From: Moniliella sp. 'wahieum'
Taxonomy: Eukaryota
Assembly: GCA_003971905.1 (NCBI GenBank)
Contig: RSEE01000007.1
Location: 558,001-622,000 of the forward strand
Reading direction: 5' to 3'
Length of the DNA: 64,000 nt
Part shown: positions 25,216 through 38,729 of the stretch, piece by piece
How the letters are laid out: each line of letters begins with the position of its first letter
Position numbering within the stretch: the stretch's first letter is position 1
Program-made: the position numbers and the translations under genes
Notes under the pieces: model-generated
The model's database searches: none
What the model saw: the letters and a program-made list of their open reading frames with translations, nothing else
Told to the model about the DNA's origin: nothing

Positions 25216-27536
25216 TTAGTCGTCTCCGGCTGGTTCGGGAGCTTCGGTCTCTTCGATCACAAAGATATCCTGACAACGAGGCACCGTCAGATCTCAGGCC
25301 TAATGAGAAGAAAAGAAAATGCAAGAAAGAGAGACGGGAGAGAAAGGATGGAACCCACAACGTACCTCGAATTGTCCAGGATCATCTCAATACACTTGCA
25401 TTGAGCACTCATATCGCGGAAATTGATCTGGTCCGTTCCCGCTCAGCCTGAGTAGGGGTAAGTTGCGTGGTAGTGGGCAGGAGAGGAGGGGTGGGACCAA
25501 AACACGATGCCAAATTTTGCAGACCCATTTGGTTGGTGGCCTCGTGGGCGCGCACGGTGCTGAGATGTTGCATCAGGCCCTTGAGTGTCGCGTAGTTGGC
25601 GTCGGGCAACTCGTTGATCAGGCTATGCAGACGGACTTGGCGTTGCCATTCGTCGGCAATCTTGGACCTTCAACAAATTCTTCGTACAAGTCAAACGTCA
25701 ATAACGGTTCGCGGGCAGTTCGCGCAGCCACAGCTTGAGCTGAGACAGGAAGAGACGTGTTGATGTCTTCTGGCTCGCCTACCCAGGTGCGTCCGGATCG
25801 TTAGGATCGGGCGGAATGGGCTCAAATAGGTTGACCCTCGTCCAATCTCATCAAATCGACGCTTGAGCCTTTGCACACGCGCGACGCAACCGCTCACACG
25901 ATAGATTCTCGCGTATCCAGCGCCACTGCTTCGACCGTTCAGCACAGAGCGCCAAGACGGGGGCAAGGTACCCATCGCGTTCCAGTTGCTCCGTTAGGTT
26001 AACACCAAACACACGTCGTGTCCAGGCGCGGAGGGGGGAAGACAGGACTGGTGCGGGCACGGGGACGTCGTCACCTCGCTCCAAGGTCTCGCGCCAGAGG
26101 AGGAACGTGCAGTCGAGGTAACTGATTGGTCGGTCACACTGCCCAAGGTAGTGGATGTAGTGGCAGGACGGAACTGCCCGCTGCCACTTGCTCCCCCACT
26201 CGAGCCAGGAGCAAGTACGTCACGACTGGAACCCGGTGCATGTTCCCGGCGAGGACCGCGGTAGGAAGCGCCATGAGCCACTTGCCAATTTTGCATAAAC
26301 GCAGTAAAGTCGGCGCGATTGTCCACCTTTTCCAGCAGGTCCCTTAGTCCACGTGCGGGGGGAGAATGGATGCCGATGCGCCATTGGCACTCGGAGGGAG
26401 AGGGGTGCAATGGCGCGGGCATCGGCCAAGAGGGCATTTCATACAACAGCGCATACCTGGCCATGTGATAAGCCCACCGGCGTCAATCTCATCAGCTGTG
26501 TCTTTGAGCTGCCGAACCAGGCGCGTATTGACTTGTAAAGTAATCATGGCGCAACTGGTCCCGATAAGCTCTCGCGGCGAAAATTGTCACTCGCTTGGGA
26601 CGTACGCAGTCGCACTTCTTCCTCCGCACGTTGGAGCTGAGCCGCGCCACGAGGCTTGTTGAATGCCTTTCCCACAGCCCGACTGCCCGATTGAGCCGCT
26701 TACCAGGGCGTTTGCTCGTGGTGGAGGCGTGGTGGTGGACTGGGTGCTAGGGGATTCGGGAGGCAACGCGCGCCTCTTCGGCGGCAGCGGCTGCATTCTG
26801 ATTGGCCATCACGGCTAGGTCCTGATTGCGTGTCTCACCATTCTTCATCAGCAGAATTCGTTCCAGTCTCCTCGGCAGACTGGTCAAAGCGCTGGCGCGC
26901 TTTGTCGCGGTTCGCCTCAGCGTCCAGTAGGGTACGTTCGGCGCGAGCGCCGGCGTCGCGCGTGGTGCGTTTTTGTCGTTCGGCCTCCTTGGCAAGCGCA
27001 CCAGCTTCGTCGGCGACGGTAAGGAGCAGGTGGGCGAAGCGTTGGCGGCCGTCGGCAATCGAGCTATGAGCTGAGAGGATGCCCTGCCAGGCTTGGACGT
27101 ACGAGCCAGCGCGTACAGGGCCGTGACCATGGTTGCCCGTCAGGCCTTGGGACAGAGAGGGGTTGGAGGAAGGCGTACGCGCGTCAGCATAGGATTCGGC
27201 GGCGGCGTTGCGCCGAGCTTGCTCATGGAGCGGGCATACTCCTCCTCGATCGCAGCGCGTTTGCGCAGGAAGCTGGCAAAATGATGGACCGAACCACACG
27301 ATTGGGCGACCCAGTCCGACATGAGCGGCTGGGCCACATCAGTCGCACAAGCGCACGCACCGCCGCCTCGTCGAACGTTAAGGCTGCTGCCGACGGATTT
27401 GGTGGCAGGGAGGCGGCAGGGGAGAGAAGAGTGGGCCAGTGGGGGTACCGGGAGCAGAGGGCGGGCCAGGTTGGGAGTTAGGACTGGTGGGTGTGGGAGG
27501 GACCGGTGGGCCCGCAACAACGCTGGGGCTGGCCAT
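25216..27536 (-). CDS. F-BAR (FCH) + RhoGAP protein, Rgd1-like
   Basis: FASFLRKRAAIEEEYARSMSKL (FCH) and coiled coil; VFGVNLTEQLERDG, IYRVSG (Arg finger), LPEPLL, LPDANYATLKGLMQHL..V...NQM..QNLA.CFGPT. Last intron ~25265-25365. Heavily frameshifted. Confidence 0.88.
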
Positions 27537-27842
27537 CGTGCTTCCAGCGGCGGAAAAGAGCGAGGAGCCGCTACGGCGGGGGGGAGGGGGGGGGGGGGGA
27601 AGAGAGGGAGAGACGAGGGGGATGGTGCTGGCGATGGCGATGGCGATGGCGAGACGGCAAGCGCGACGGCAGCAACGCAACACCGCCCAGGCCAGCGAGA
27701 CAGTCAGGACGTCCGCCGCCTCGCGGGGCCCGGGGCACCAAGACTGCCCCTGAGCCCCGCCAGCAAGCGCCGCCAGCCACAGCGCCACCAGCGCCGTCAG
27801 CGGCCCTCATAATCATACTTTTGGCTGCTGTTTTGATCGCTG

Positions 27843-28997
27843 CTATCCAACCTCTCTACGCTCATCTTCCCCCGCTTCGTCCCCATTCGTCACCTGTTCC
27901 AGGCGCCCCGGCCGCGCTGCTACGACGCAAATGAATTTGTCCATCACAGGAACCCTGTGGGCCTGATCGAGGATCGAGATGATCGAAACAAAAGAGCGCA
28001 CATGCCCCACGTCACACCTCGTCCCCGCTCCCCATGCGCACATCAGCCTTCTCCCTCGCCTGCTCCTGCCCCTGCTCCTGTTTTGTTCTTGCTCCTGGTC
28101 CTGCCCCTCCCTCGACCCCGCTGCATGTCGCTCGCGCGCCTGCTGCTCCGTTTTGGACAGCAGCTGGTTCGGGGAAAGGTTGTGGGTGGCGCTCGGCGCC
28201 ACCTGTCATCCTGTCTGCAGCCCCCTTCGAAGCAAGGATGGCGGCCAACTCCTGCCCGCTTCCGGACCCATGGGGTCAAGGTCCATTGACGCCAGTGGTT
28301 CTTCCCCGGCGCCCAAGGATGAAGGCACACCTGGCGACGAGGGCGGGTGCAGCGCTTGCAGTCCCTTCTCGAGTGGATTGGTCAGGTACGTTGTCGGCTG
28401 ATGGGCGAAGTGAGGTTGCGCAGCTTGTCAATCCCTGACACGTATCTGCTCCGTGCGCCCGGGCCGGAGGAGGAGGAGGGGATGGCGTTCAATGGTGCAC
28501 CAAGGGGGGGATAGGCGAGTTGGGAGCCGGGGAGGTGGGGGAAGGAAACCAGAGTGCGCGATCCGAGCGCGCAGTGTGGGTGGGCAACCCGCGCCACTTG
28601 AGTTCCGCCTCGGTTGGCCGGGCCTCCCATGCACTTTCCGCTGGCCCTCGCTGAGTCGGTAGACATGTCTTCCTCCGGATCGGCCGGGATAGGGGACAAG
28701 CTGCCGCTGGGGGCCGGGTGTGGCCCGGGCGCGGCACCGGATCCGGAGGGGCCAACGCCGCGTCGCCTCCGTCGCGACGACCCTTCATGAGCTGGTGCAG
28801 GCCGCCTAGGTTCTGCGTCGCTTCCTCTGCGAGCTTGGACGAAGGGTGGGCTTGCGGCTGCGCTTGCGCAGGACGGCAGGCCGACGCGGCGCAGGAGCAA
28901 CGAGGTGGGGGCCATCGTCGGGGTGGCCCGCTGGGCGTGGGGCAGGACGGAAGGTGCTGGTGCTGGTGGTGCTGGTGCTGGTGCTGCCTTCGAGCAT
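27843..28997 (-). CDS. Possible hypothetical low-complexity protein
   Basis: ATG in good context (ctcaccATG, 28997) and overlapping ORFs 28806-, 28382- and 27843- with a basic NLS-like stretch (RKRSRK..RKRRR). No recognisable domain. Confidence 0.3.
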
Positions 28998-29987
28998 GGT
29001 GAGGGATGCGGGGGGCGGTGGTGGAGGGCCGCTGGGGGGAACGGGCGGGAGGGCGGAGTTGGGAGGAGGCTGTACTGAGTGGGTACTGCGTAGCTGGTGT
29101 GGGTCCCTCCGTCGTCGTCCGAGTACTGAAACTCGCTCAGCGGCCACTTGAAACACTGAAACCACCCGCTGCTCCGCGCGCGAGCAGACGCTCTTCTGCG
29201 CTGCCTGCCCCCGTGGCGGGCGGAGCAACACAGGCGTCGTGCGTCCCCAGCCGTCCGCTCGGTGACAGTGTCTTGCCATGCGTGGTGCCATACTCGCCTT
29301 TCCTGTCCACCACCCAGGCGCGCCAAAACGGAGCTCGTGAAGGAGCATGCGACAGGCTTGTTGACCTGGAGCGGGCGATGGCGTCCGCTCCTTGGTTCCC
29401 CTGCAACAGGTGAGGCGGGAAAATAGGAAGGTGGGGTTATGACACTGATCATCACGAAGCCAGAACGGCTTGCGCAGCGGCAGCGGCATCTTTGGCCCGG
29501 AACTCGAAGGCGCCAAGGCCGAGGCACAGTCGCAAGGGCTGGAACAGAGACAACGTCTTTGCAAGGCTCCTCCTGCCCCAGAAGGTCAATCGAAGTAAGT
29601 GTCCCACCAACCAGCCCTTCAGACCGAGGAGTGGCGTGCCGTCATTCTTTCCGATCTGTCCGGGCAGCGGAAACATATTGAGCATGCGAGCGACGTTGCG
29701 CGATGCGAATTTTTCCTCGGCCTTCGTCGTATACCCTGAGACAGATGATCAAAGCAGCGCGTAAGCAGAAGCTAGTCACGACGGCAGTCAATGTTGTTTT
29801 GGTGCTGTTGGTCCTGCTTATCTTTAGCCACAATATCTGCTGCCTTTTTCGCTCGTATCCTACAGGGACCGATTCTCTTTCTCGGATGCGCTTACAGGAT
29901 GCTATCATCATGTGGCGATTCTTGCTTCGTAAGACGGAAAACAGGGGCGAGGGACTAAAGAGTAGGAAGAAAAAAAAGTTCGGCGCA

Positions 29988-30671
29988 CTAGTGGCAAATG
30001 TCGCTGTCCTCTGGACGTAAAACTGATGCCTTGCGGCGGAACAGATCGCGGTCAAAGAGGTAGTGGCCCAAGATGGCACCTACACCTACGTGTCAGTATC
30101 CCATAGTTAGCGCCGCAGCGGCATATGCACGCACCCACACGGCCGCTGCCAGGAACGCATTGTACGTCATGAACACAAGCATGAGCCAGAAGGACAACGC
30201 GACGCGGGCGCCATGGAGCGCTGCCCGCTTAAGTTGTGTGGAACGGGGGATGGAAAGCGGCTTGATCAGGGAGGTACGGGGAGAAGAAGTGCTTCCTGTC
30301 GCAATAACCGCGGGCGCAGGCAGGTCGGGGGGCGTAGATCCTCGCCGCGAAGTGGAGGCGGACGTTGAAGCACAGAGCGCCACGTCTTGGGCCACGATGG
30401 CCAAGCGAAGCCATTCGAAGGCGGCAGCGAGGCAAATGATGAGGGTTGTGTAAAGGTAAAAGTCAAAGGTGGTGTGGATCTGCCAAGAACGGAAGACAAC
30501 GCAGACGTCTTGCGGGTAGCCCCAGTTCCAGATCATGTTCATCTTGCACATGGGGGAAGGTGAGGGCGTGGGGGACGGGTGGGGCATGTGGTGGCCGGGG
30601 GGCATTCCCGGCATGTCGTGGTCCATGGCCATGGACATGGAGGCCATCATGGCTGCGTGGTCGTGCTCCAT
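29988..30671 (-). CDS. Ctr-family copper transporter (Ctr2-like)
   Basis: His/Met-rich N-terminus, CKMNMIWNW..VVF..W, MLVFM (MxxxM) TYN. After an intron (~30087-30134) G..G..LF and C-terminal ICH*. Confidence 0.92.
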
Positions 30672-31283
30672 GGTCCGAGGGAGCAGAGATCAGGGGGGGT
30701 GGTGGCTGCGAGATAGGAGGTGGCCCGGCTGGAGCGCGGCAACATTCAATTTGGAGCGCTCGGGGCGTTTTGACAAAACCTGCAGATGGGCCGATGAGCG
30801 ATGATCGATGAGCTCATATATATGATCGATGATCGATGACGGCCATTTCTGAGATTCTGAGATCTGACCGCGAGTCCTGGGGGGTGCCGCTTACTAGCCG
30901 AGTAGCGATCTTATCGAGGCCGGCGCTTGGTATGGATGCACTGAGATCGATAGCATGTAACACACCGACACACGAACGCACAGCTGCCCACATGCGGCCC
31001 AGCAAGGAGGCGTGCCATGGCTCAGCACCCGCTCAGCCGCTCTGGCCGCTTCGGCTGCACCCCATGCATGCGCTGCAGGGGGCAGCGGCGGACTGGAGCG
31101 GGCGGGCGGAATGGGCGGCGCAGGCAGGGGGGCAGCCACACGCCCCAATCGCACCCTGCCTGCCTGCATTCCGCCCCTCAGCGTGCCCGGCCCCCTGCGC
31201 TGCCACGGCCACGCCTCCGCCACGCCTCGCCCCCCCGTCCCACGCGACGCGCCCCCGCCGACCGCCGCGACGCGAGGAATGCA

Positions 31284-33599
31284 ATGAGCACGCGGCCCTC
31301 CCCCTCTGCGCCCGTCTTCTCCCCGCGCCGCCCCCCCCCGGCACCACCGCCAGCTCGCCTCCCCTCTCCCCCGGCGCGCCCCTCTGCAGCCACGCCCATG
31401 CGTTCCAGCCGCCCCCCACCAGCGCTGGCGGCCGCCTCGCCTCGTCCCTCGCCGGCCTCTCGCTCCACCCCAACCCCCCGCCGCCACCCAGCGCTCCACA
31501 CTGCCTGCGCGCGCCGCCAAGGCCGCTGTGTTTGTCCCGCGCAGCGTTGCCTCCACCCCCGTCCAGTCCAGCCCGACGCTGAGCGAGCCGCCAAATCCGC
31601 TCCCGCCCCTCAGCATGAGCACCGCCCTCCGCGCCGCCCCCTTCCGCCCCCAGTCCCGGCCCACCTCTCGGCCCTCGAGCCCGGCGCGTCTGCTTCCTCC
31701 CGGCGGTGCCTCCAACGCTGTCTATTTGCCTGACGACGACGACGAATGGCCCCCGTCGAGTACGCTCATCCGATCGCTGGCGGGGTCGGATCGTCGGTCG
31801 GGCCGGTCCCGATGCCACCGTTTGCATCGCAGTACACCAACCCGGTCCAGGCTAATGCGGCGAACCATGCGGCTGCCCTGACGGCCGCAGCGGGCCGGAT
31901 GGGGATGCCCCCACCTTGGCGCAGCAGCAGCCAACGCTAGCGCTGCAGTACCAGCTCTATGCGCCTGCCGGCCCGCCCCCGCGCCTGCCCATCCACGTTT
32001 CCCCTGCGGCGTCCGATACGGCCGCGTCCGATGCGTTCTTCCTTCCTTCCAACTTGAGCGAGCTGCTACACCGGCGGCAAGAAGCCACCTGGACCGGGCC
32101 TGTGCCCCCCGCCCTTCATGGTCCCCAGTTGCCCGAGTTTGTCAACAAGTACCACAGCTTGTGCCCATTGGAACGGCTCCCGCCGCCTCCCAACTCAGGT
32201 CAGGGTCCCCCGCTCGGTCCGGCCGCGGCAGCTGCAGCAACAGGGCTTCCGTCTGCGCTGGCCCCACCGGAATTTGCAGCACAAGCGCCGATTCCGACGG
32301 GTGGACAGCCGTCGCGTACGTTTCGTGGGTTCCCCACGACGGTGTACAAGGCGCTGTCGCAAGAGGATGGGCGGACGTACTGTCTAACGCGAATTGCCAA
32401 TTTTCGCCTTGGCGCCGACGCGCATTTGGCTGCCGTCCAGCGGTGGCGCAACGCTCTTAACAATCCCCCGTCCGCCCATACCGGGGTGGTAGGCGTGTAC
32501 GAAGCGTTTACCACGCGTGCGTTTGGCGTATCGAACTTGGTCTTTGTTACCGAGTACCATGCCGGCAGCGTCACCCTGGCCCAGGCCCACCTCCCCTTCA
32601 AACCTACCGCGGCCACCGATCTGCTCCGTCCCTATGCGCAAGCCGCGTATGCGCGGCAAAGCTATGCTGCGCGCCCCGCCCCGCCGCCGGCCGTAGTGTG
32701 CCGAGGCGACACTATGGCTCTACCTGGTCCAGATGGCTATGCACTTCGGTCGGTCCATGCCGCCGGCCTAGCGGTGCGAACCATCACGCCCCACAAGGTG
32801 CTTCTCACCGAACCTGGCAAGGTACGCTTTTCAGGGCAAGTGTGTTGGACGTATTGGATCCATTGCCAGAGGGCGCTCTGCCTCCTCCGGGCGTCGGCGC
32901 TGATCAGCCGACCAGGTGCAAGTCGACGATCTGGCTGATGTGGCCAAGCTGATTGTTACTCTTGCTTCTGGCAGTGCCGAGGCAGCCCAGCGCGCAGCCG
33001 ACGTACCCACAGCACTGGCTATGATGCGTGGAGCCTATTCGTCCGAGCTGGAGGAGGTGGTGCGATGGCTGCTGTGTGGAGAGGACCGGAGCGCAACGCG
33101 TTGGTTGTGCGCCTGGCGCCGCGCATGGCCGATACGCTCAATGCGTCGCTGGGTGCGTCGGATGTGCTCCGATCCAGTCTGCAGAAGGAGGTGGAGAATG
33201 GCAGGCTGGTCCGGCTACTGTGTAAGCTCGGATTTGTCAATGAACGCGGGGAGCTGGACCATGATGCACGCTGGTCCGAACGGGAGAACGGTACTTGGTC
33301 AAGCTCTTCCGCGACGCTGTTTTCCACGCCTCAACTGAAGCAGGTACCCCGTTGGTGGATTTGAGTTACATTCTGCTCAACCTCAACAAGCTTGATGCCG
33401 GGTCCGAGGAGCGCTTGCTGCTCACGAGCCGCGACGAGCAAACGTGCATTGTAGTGAGCTATCATGAAGTATGTTTGTTACCTCTACTTTTGCTTGATGG
33501 CGGACGTTCCACTAACAGTTGGTTATTGTTCCTGCCATTGTTCTGGTTCAGATCAAGGAAGCAGTCGAGTCGGCATTCCAAGAACTTTGCCACCATTAA
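31284..33599 (+). CDS. PAN3: PAN2-PAN3 deadenylase subunit Pan3 (pseudokinase)
   Basis: YHSLCPLE, TVYKA...DG..YCL.RI, EAFTTRAFG, EVENGRLVRLLCKLGFVNER, WSE.GERYL.KLFRD.VFH, LNKLDAGSEE..LL.SRDEQTC.VVSY. Intron ~33469-33551. Start uncertain (31284 or 31615). Confidence 0.94.
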
Positions 33600-34438
33600 C
33601 CCGTCACTGGTCGTTGCCCGCCTTATCCGCAGTCTTCATGCACCGCTGCCTATCCCTTCCCACTGTTGTCTAGCCTTTCTGCCAGTCTCCCCTGAGGCTA
33701 CTATATCCCTATCTGGCGTGCGTACGGAACCACTATCGACTGGACAGTTAGCGCAGAGGACGAGGATGACGCAAAGGACTATTTGCAGTTATACGACATT
33801 GTGTGGCGCGGATCGCCAGCGGGCAGGACAAAGGCAACCTGGCTGCGGTCAGTAACAGGCAACGTTCTGTTGGTGAGAGCGGCGCGTCCAGAGCCAAGGT
33901 CCTTCCGCCTTGGTTGACCTTGACTGGGCCTGCCTTTCCCCCTTCACAAGTGACACGGCATTGTAATCCGTTCGAAGCGAGGACAATGCAGTGGTGGCAG
34001 ATAAGCGCGCATCCCAGCATGGTGCGACTGGAAACTAAGGTGCGATGCAGATAAGTGAAGAGAGACGATTAGGTATGCAAATTTGTGGGAAACGGTGCAA
34101 AAATGAGGAACATGGGCCTGGTGGGTAGCGCGGGAGGGTGGAAGGGGGCAAGAGGGTTCCAGTAAGTAACCAAGAGTGAACACAATCATTGCTAACCACC
34201 ACTAAGAAGCGCTAACCATGGCGTACTATCTCCAGCCCAGATCGATCCTTCGCCTGGTTTGTATATATTCTGTTCTGCTATGCACACTCCTAGACGTTCG
34301 GTGAAGCTTACAGCACATGCATCAGCACGTCAGAGGAACAGAGAAAATGCTCGCGAGAAATCAGAGATACAGCGAAAACAAAAAGGTTGGCGCAGCACCC
34401 TACCAGTGGTGCCGTGAGATGGCATCAAGTAAAGAAGG

Positions 34439-36274
34439 TTACTGGTTGGAAGCTCCCTCCTTGTTGCCCCAGTCCTTGAGCGGAGACGACACGTCATGGT
34501 CTCCCCCGCGACGAGGGGACGGCCAAAGTTAAAGGTGCCCAAGTCGCCAATGTTGCCGCGGGGGGCAAAGCCAGGAACACCGGTAGTGTTGCTGGCACTG
34601 CCAGGCGCTGCCCATGGTGCTGCCCGAGCATTGGAAGACGACAAAAAGAACGGGTTGGCACCGAGCTTGGACCCAAACAGCGTATCGTCCTTTAGAGCCT
34701 GCACCGCCGATAGCCCTGACCGCGACGAAAGCAAACTAGCGCTGCTCGCGGTAGGATCGCGTGTCAAGGGTGCGCCAACAGGGCCCGTAGCCCCAGGATG
34801 TCCCATACCAGGGCCGTCACCAGAGCCATCGGAATCATCGCTGTCATCGTCAGAGTCCGAGTCGGACTCGTTTTGCAAATTGGAATCGACTCGCGCTGGA
34901 ACCGAGAACAGACCGTCCGCAGAACCCGTCTCGGCCCCTTGAGCAGACTTGTCCTCTGCAAAAAGGGATGTACCGTGAGAGAAACTTTGTTTCGCAAGCT
35001 CATACTCCGCATGACGACGGGTGATCAGCTCGTCAGCCGTCGGCCCATGGCGTTCGGCCGTGCGGAGTAGCTCATCGACCACTTGCCTCGCTGCCTCCTT
35101 GGCTGGTGTTTTAAGCCACTTGGAACGAGGGATGGAAAACTGCATGGTGACGGGGCGATGAGCCTTACGTTTTCCCAAGCGCACCGGCGTACCTGCTGAT
35201 CCAATCGGCGTCGAACGCAAATCGGCAATTCCGTCCCACTTTGGCACACTCAACTGAGGCGGCCGAGGTGTGCCTGCCATGCTCGCATCGTCTTGAACCC
35301 CCGCCAGCGGGGTCCGTTTGGAGGGTGAGGTGAACGGATTGGTGGGTTTCTGCCCCGAAGGCGTGCTTCTTCCATTGGTGTAGCAACCAGAGTGGCTCCA
35401 AACCGGTTGCGGGACATGTTGGCGGCTGCGGCAGCTGCCAACGACTTTCGCCGTTGACCCATTGCACTCGGGTCGAGCGACTCGCGAGTGACTTGTGGCG
35501 GCGTGGCCATCCGTTCGTCTTGCTGATCGGCACCCTCGCGAGAAACCGAAGCGAGACGCGGGGTAGCCATGCGGGCATCCATCAAAGGCGATGAAGATTG
35601 GGAAGGCCATCGAACTAGCCAACAAGTCTGCCCCGTTCTCCGTGCCGCTAGTTGCTTCTCCAACTCACGCTTGGCTTTGGCAAAGGGAGATTCGAGATTG
35701 GGCTTGGCATATGCACCCACCGCGGAGTGGCGTCGAACAGCATGCTCTCACGGATACGTCGGGAGTCATAGTGGGCTTTGGCAGGAAATGAGGGTGGTCG
35801 TGTTCGTCGCCCCGAGCGCCCCGAAGGGCGGGGCGGGGAGTGATGGGCTTCACCTGGGGGCGAGACGAGAAGAGATTTGTCAAACGACATGCCTGCATTG
35901 TTATCCTTGGCCTCCCCATCAGATGGAGTTGTCGAAACGCGAGAGGTCCTCCTGGGGGTCGAAGGAGGCGCCAGATGGATGCTCCGCGTCGGTGCTCTGC
36001 GTCGCCTCGTCCTGCGCTCAAACTCATCCTCCGGCTGATTCAGACGGACTTGGGCGGCAGTTTCGAAGAACATGCGCCAAAATTTGGAAGCATCGCCGAT
36101 TTGGAGGCTCTGTTCGCCATAACGCTTGATCTTGGGGAGGATGCCACCCTGGATCGTTTCGTGGGCCTGACTGAAGTGGGCGTCGATGCGCTGGAGACAA
36201 AGGGTGATCTGCTGGTCAACGTGCAGGATGGCCTCGTTGATGGGCACGCCAGGAGGCGGCTGGGGGGGCGACAT
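34439..36274 (-). CDS. ASK1: DASH/Dam1 complex subunit Ask1
   Basis: VDQQITLCLQRIDAHFSQAHETI..GILP.IKRY.....I.DASKFW.MFFE.AA is the Ask1 N-terminal domain, followed by a long S/T/P-rich tail with KTPAKEAARQVVDELL. The 3' end is 34439 or 34330 depending on indel correction. Confidence 0.9.
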
Positions 36275-36362
36275 GGGTGCAGAGGGCGTGCGGGTGAGGC
36301 GAGCAGAGGGGATGGTGTGGCGCTGGAGAAGACGCAACGCAAGCCCACGCGCCAGTTGGGCG

Positions 36363-36368
36363 ACGCGT
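36363..36368. promoter_or_regulatory. MCB (MluI) box upstream of ASK1
   Basis: ACGCGT about 90 bp upstream of the ATG of a cell-cycle gene. Confidence 0.3.
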
Positions 36369-36765
36369 CGGACTGGCCAGAATCAACACACGCAACAACG
36401 GCGTGGGCGTATTACGTCAGCGACACTGCCTGTCTATGCATACGCGAGGCAATGTGAATTGAATTCGTCACTGGTCATGAATCACCGGTTGGAGATCACG
36501 TGGCCTGCGAGGTCGTTTTGTGTACGTTGAAGTTGGGTTCCGACGTTCAAGGTAACGTGTCCCCAGACGTTTGGTCGCGCAGTTCTATCATACGCGACCC
36601 ATCCTGTCCACAGTATCTGTCGTTCCGCTGCACGTTGATGATGATGTTGCCATAGCCAGCACCAGCCAAGTGCAGGCCTGCGCGAAAGCCTGCCTGACAA
36701 CAGGTAACCCGTGGTTTCGATGAGATGAGGTAGTCTATTCTATCCATCCGGGCGAAATACTTCCT

Positions 36766-38729
36766 TCACATCCTTGGCGTTTGACCAACACATCCCCATA
36801 TTTGTGTCCACAGATAGAGACGTATAGCAGCCAACTCAGCCTCCCTTGAGCTTCCGTCTTCAGTCCCTGGCAAAATTAAGCCAATGTAATCCGTTTTGCC
36901 ACTGACCCTCAGGTCAGTAAGACCAATGTTGGTGCCGTGCCAGACCGAGATGCGGCAGTCCTCGCCCGCGGCGACAATTGTCTGCCCATCCTGAGTCCAG
37001 TCGATGGCCAGCAGCCGCTCCGAAGGCAAGTTGGCCAAGCGGGGCAGAGTGCCAGCCTCAGCAGCCTCGGCCTCGCCAGCCGCCTGGTCAAGCTCAGGCG
37101 GGCGAAGGGTAAAGAGAGGTTGCTTGAGGCTCCGCACGTCCCAAATTTTTGCCGTGCCATCGAGTGACGCGGATGCAAGAAGGGCCGACGAACGTGGATG
37201 ACCCGCCACGGCTGTCAGGGGCCAGCATGGGCCTCGGCCACCCCAGCTACACATTCGTCCCGGCCACCGTGCCTTGCCGCAAATCCCAGAGTCCCCAGGA
37301 TCGCTCCAGATGGCCCGTGGCCAAGAGACCGCCTTGCGCACCTTGGCCATAGGCCAATTGAGTCAAACTCAAAATTGTCTTGTCCGATGCCTGAAAAGAC
37401 GACAAGCCTCAGTTAGTTTATCTCAACGCATTCCTCCTGCCCAACAAGTTGCGTACCTTTGAATCCACCATGCTACCAGCCTGGTCCGTGTCACACCTTG
37501 ACCGTCCCATTTCCAGCCGAGTAAAGGCGGTTGGGGTGGAGCGCATCAAACTGAACACCCGTCACGCGCGCGTTAGTGCCCGGTGCCAGGCCAGGATGAG
37601 ACCCAACGCCGCCTGCAGCCGGGGCGGAGCGGCCACGGGAACGGGTGGCACGTGGCGCAAGACAATGTAGGCGCAGCAGCGCCATGGAGCGGGGCCGGCT
37701 CGCCAGCGCGGCCTTTACGCCGCTTGCGCCGATCCGGCACCTCCTCCTTTTCTGCCGCCGCTGCCGCCAGTTGGGCCGGCAGCAACTCCGCCTCCCGCTC
37801 CACATCTGCCACGCGGTGCTGTACGCCAGCTCATTCACCTCTTCTGGCTCTTCTTGCTCCTCCTCGTCCCCACTTGCGTTCCACAGCGACACCAGCCCAT
37901 CCCAACCACCGTAGCGAGCGTTTGGCCATCTGCACTGACCGCCAGCGCACTCACTGGCAGCACCGGCACCTTGTACCCACCCCGGGCACCGGCCAAGGGT
38001 GAATTGGAGACCGTACCACTCCACAGTAGCCGTGCTTGCCGCTCAGCGCCAGCAACCCGCTCCGCCCCCAAGACAGAGGCGGGGAAGCCCAAACATGCGG
38101 ACACTCCCGTCCAGGCGGTGGTGACCACGCGGGGTGCACTCTCGGGAGCGTCGGCGCTTGCACCGGACACGGGAGGAACCCACGCGGCGCATGACAGCGC
38201 AGCGTTGCCAGCGCCAACAGGCGCGGCCCGGAGACTGTATCGCGGCGCATCGGGCGCGTCCGCGGCATACACGGGCCGTGCCATCAAACGAGCCGGTGAG
38301 GAACAGCGGTGCACTCCCTTCCGAACAAACTGAGTAAGGGAAGGGTACGCTGGTGGACGGGCACTGACACTGGAACCCAGTCGTCTTGCGGGATGATCGA
38401 CTCGAACCGCGGGGGCAAAGTGGAGGGACGTATTCGAGACGCAGCATGGCTTCCGTGTCGAGCCCATGCTGCTCCAGGTAGGCACCGAGGGACGTGCGCA
38501 GCAGCTCGCCGTTCACTACAAAGTCAAAGGGCACACTGGTCTCGCCGCCTTGCGTCTTCAGCACCCGGTTCACCAACGTCGACAGGTGGGTTCGGCGCCA
38601 GGCTGCTGGCACCATGTACGGCGTCTCGGGGATAGCAGCGCCGGGGATGGACGTGGTGAGCACTACCGGTACGGTCCGGATCTCGGCGCCGCCGGGAGCG
38701 GCGGCGCTTCCTTCAACGATGTCCGCCAT
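36766..38729 (-). CDS. YTM1: Ribosome biogenesis WD40 protein Ytm1/WDR12
   Basis: NLE/UBL domain (VPAAWRRTHLSTLVNRVL..VPFDFVVNGELLRTSL..LEYV), DDWVS, then WD repeats (TGSFDG, GWDGLVSLWN, SASLDGTAKIWDVRS..PLF, AAGEDCRISVW). Multiple frameshifts. Confidence 0.92.
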
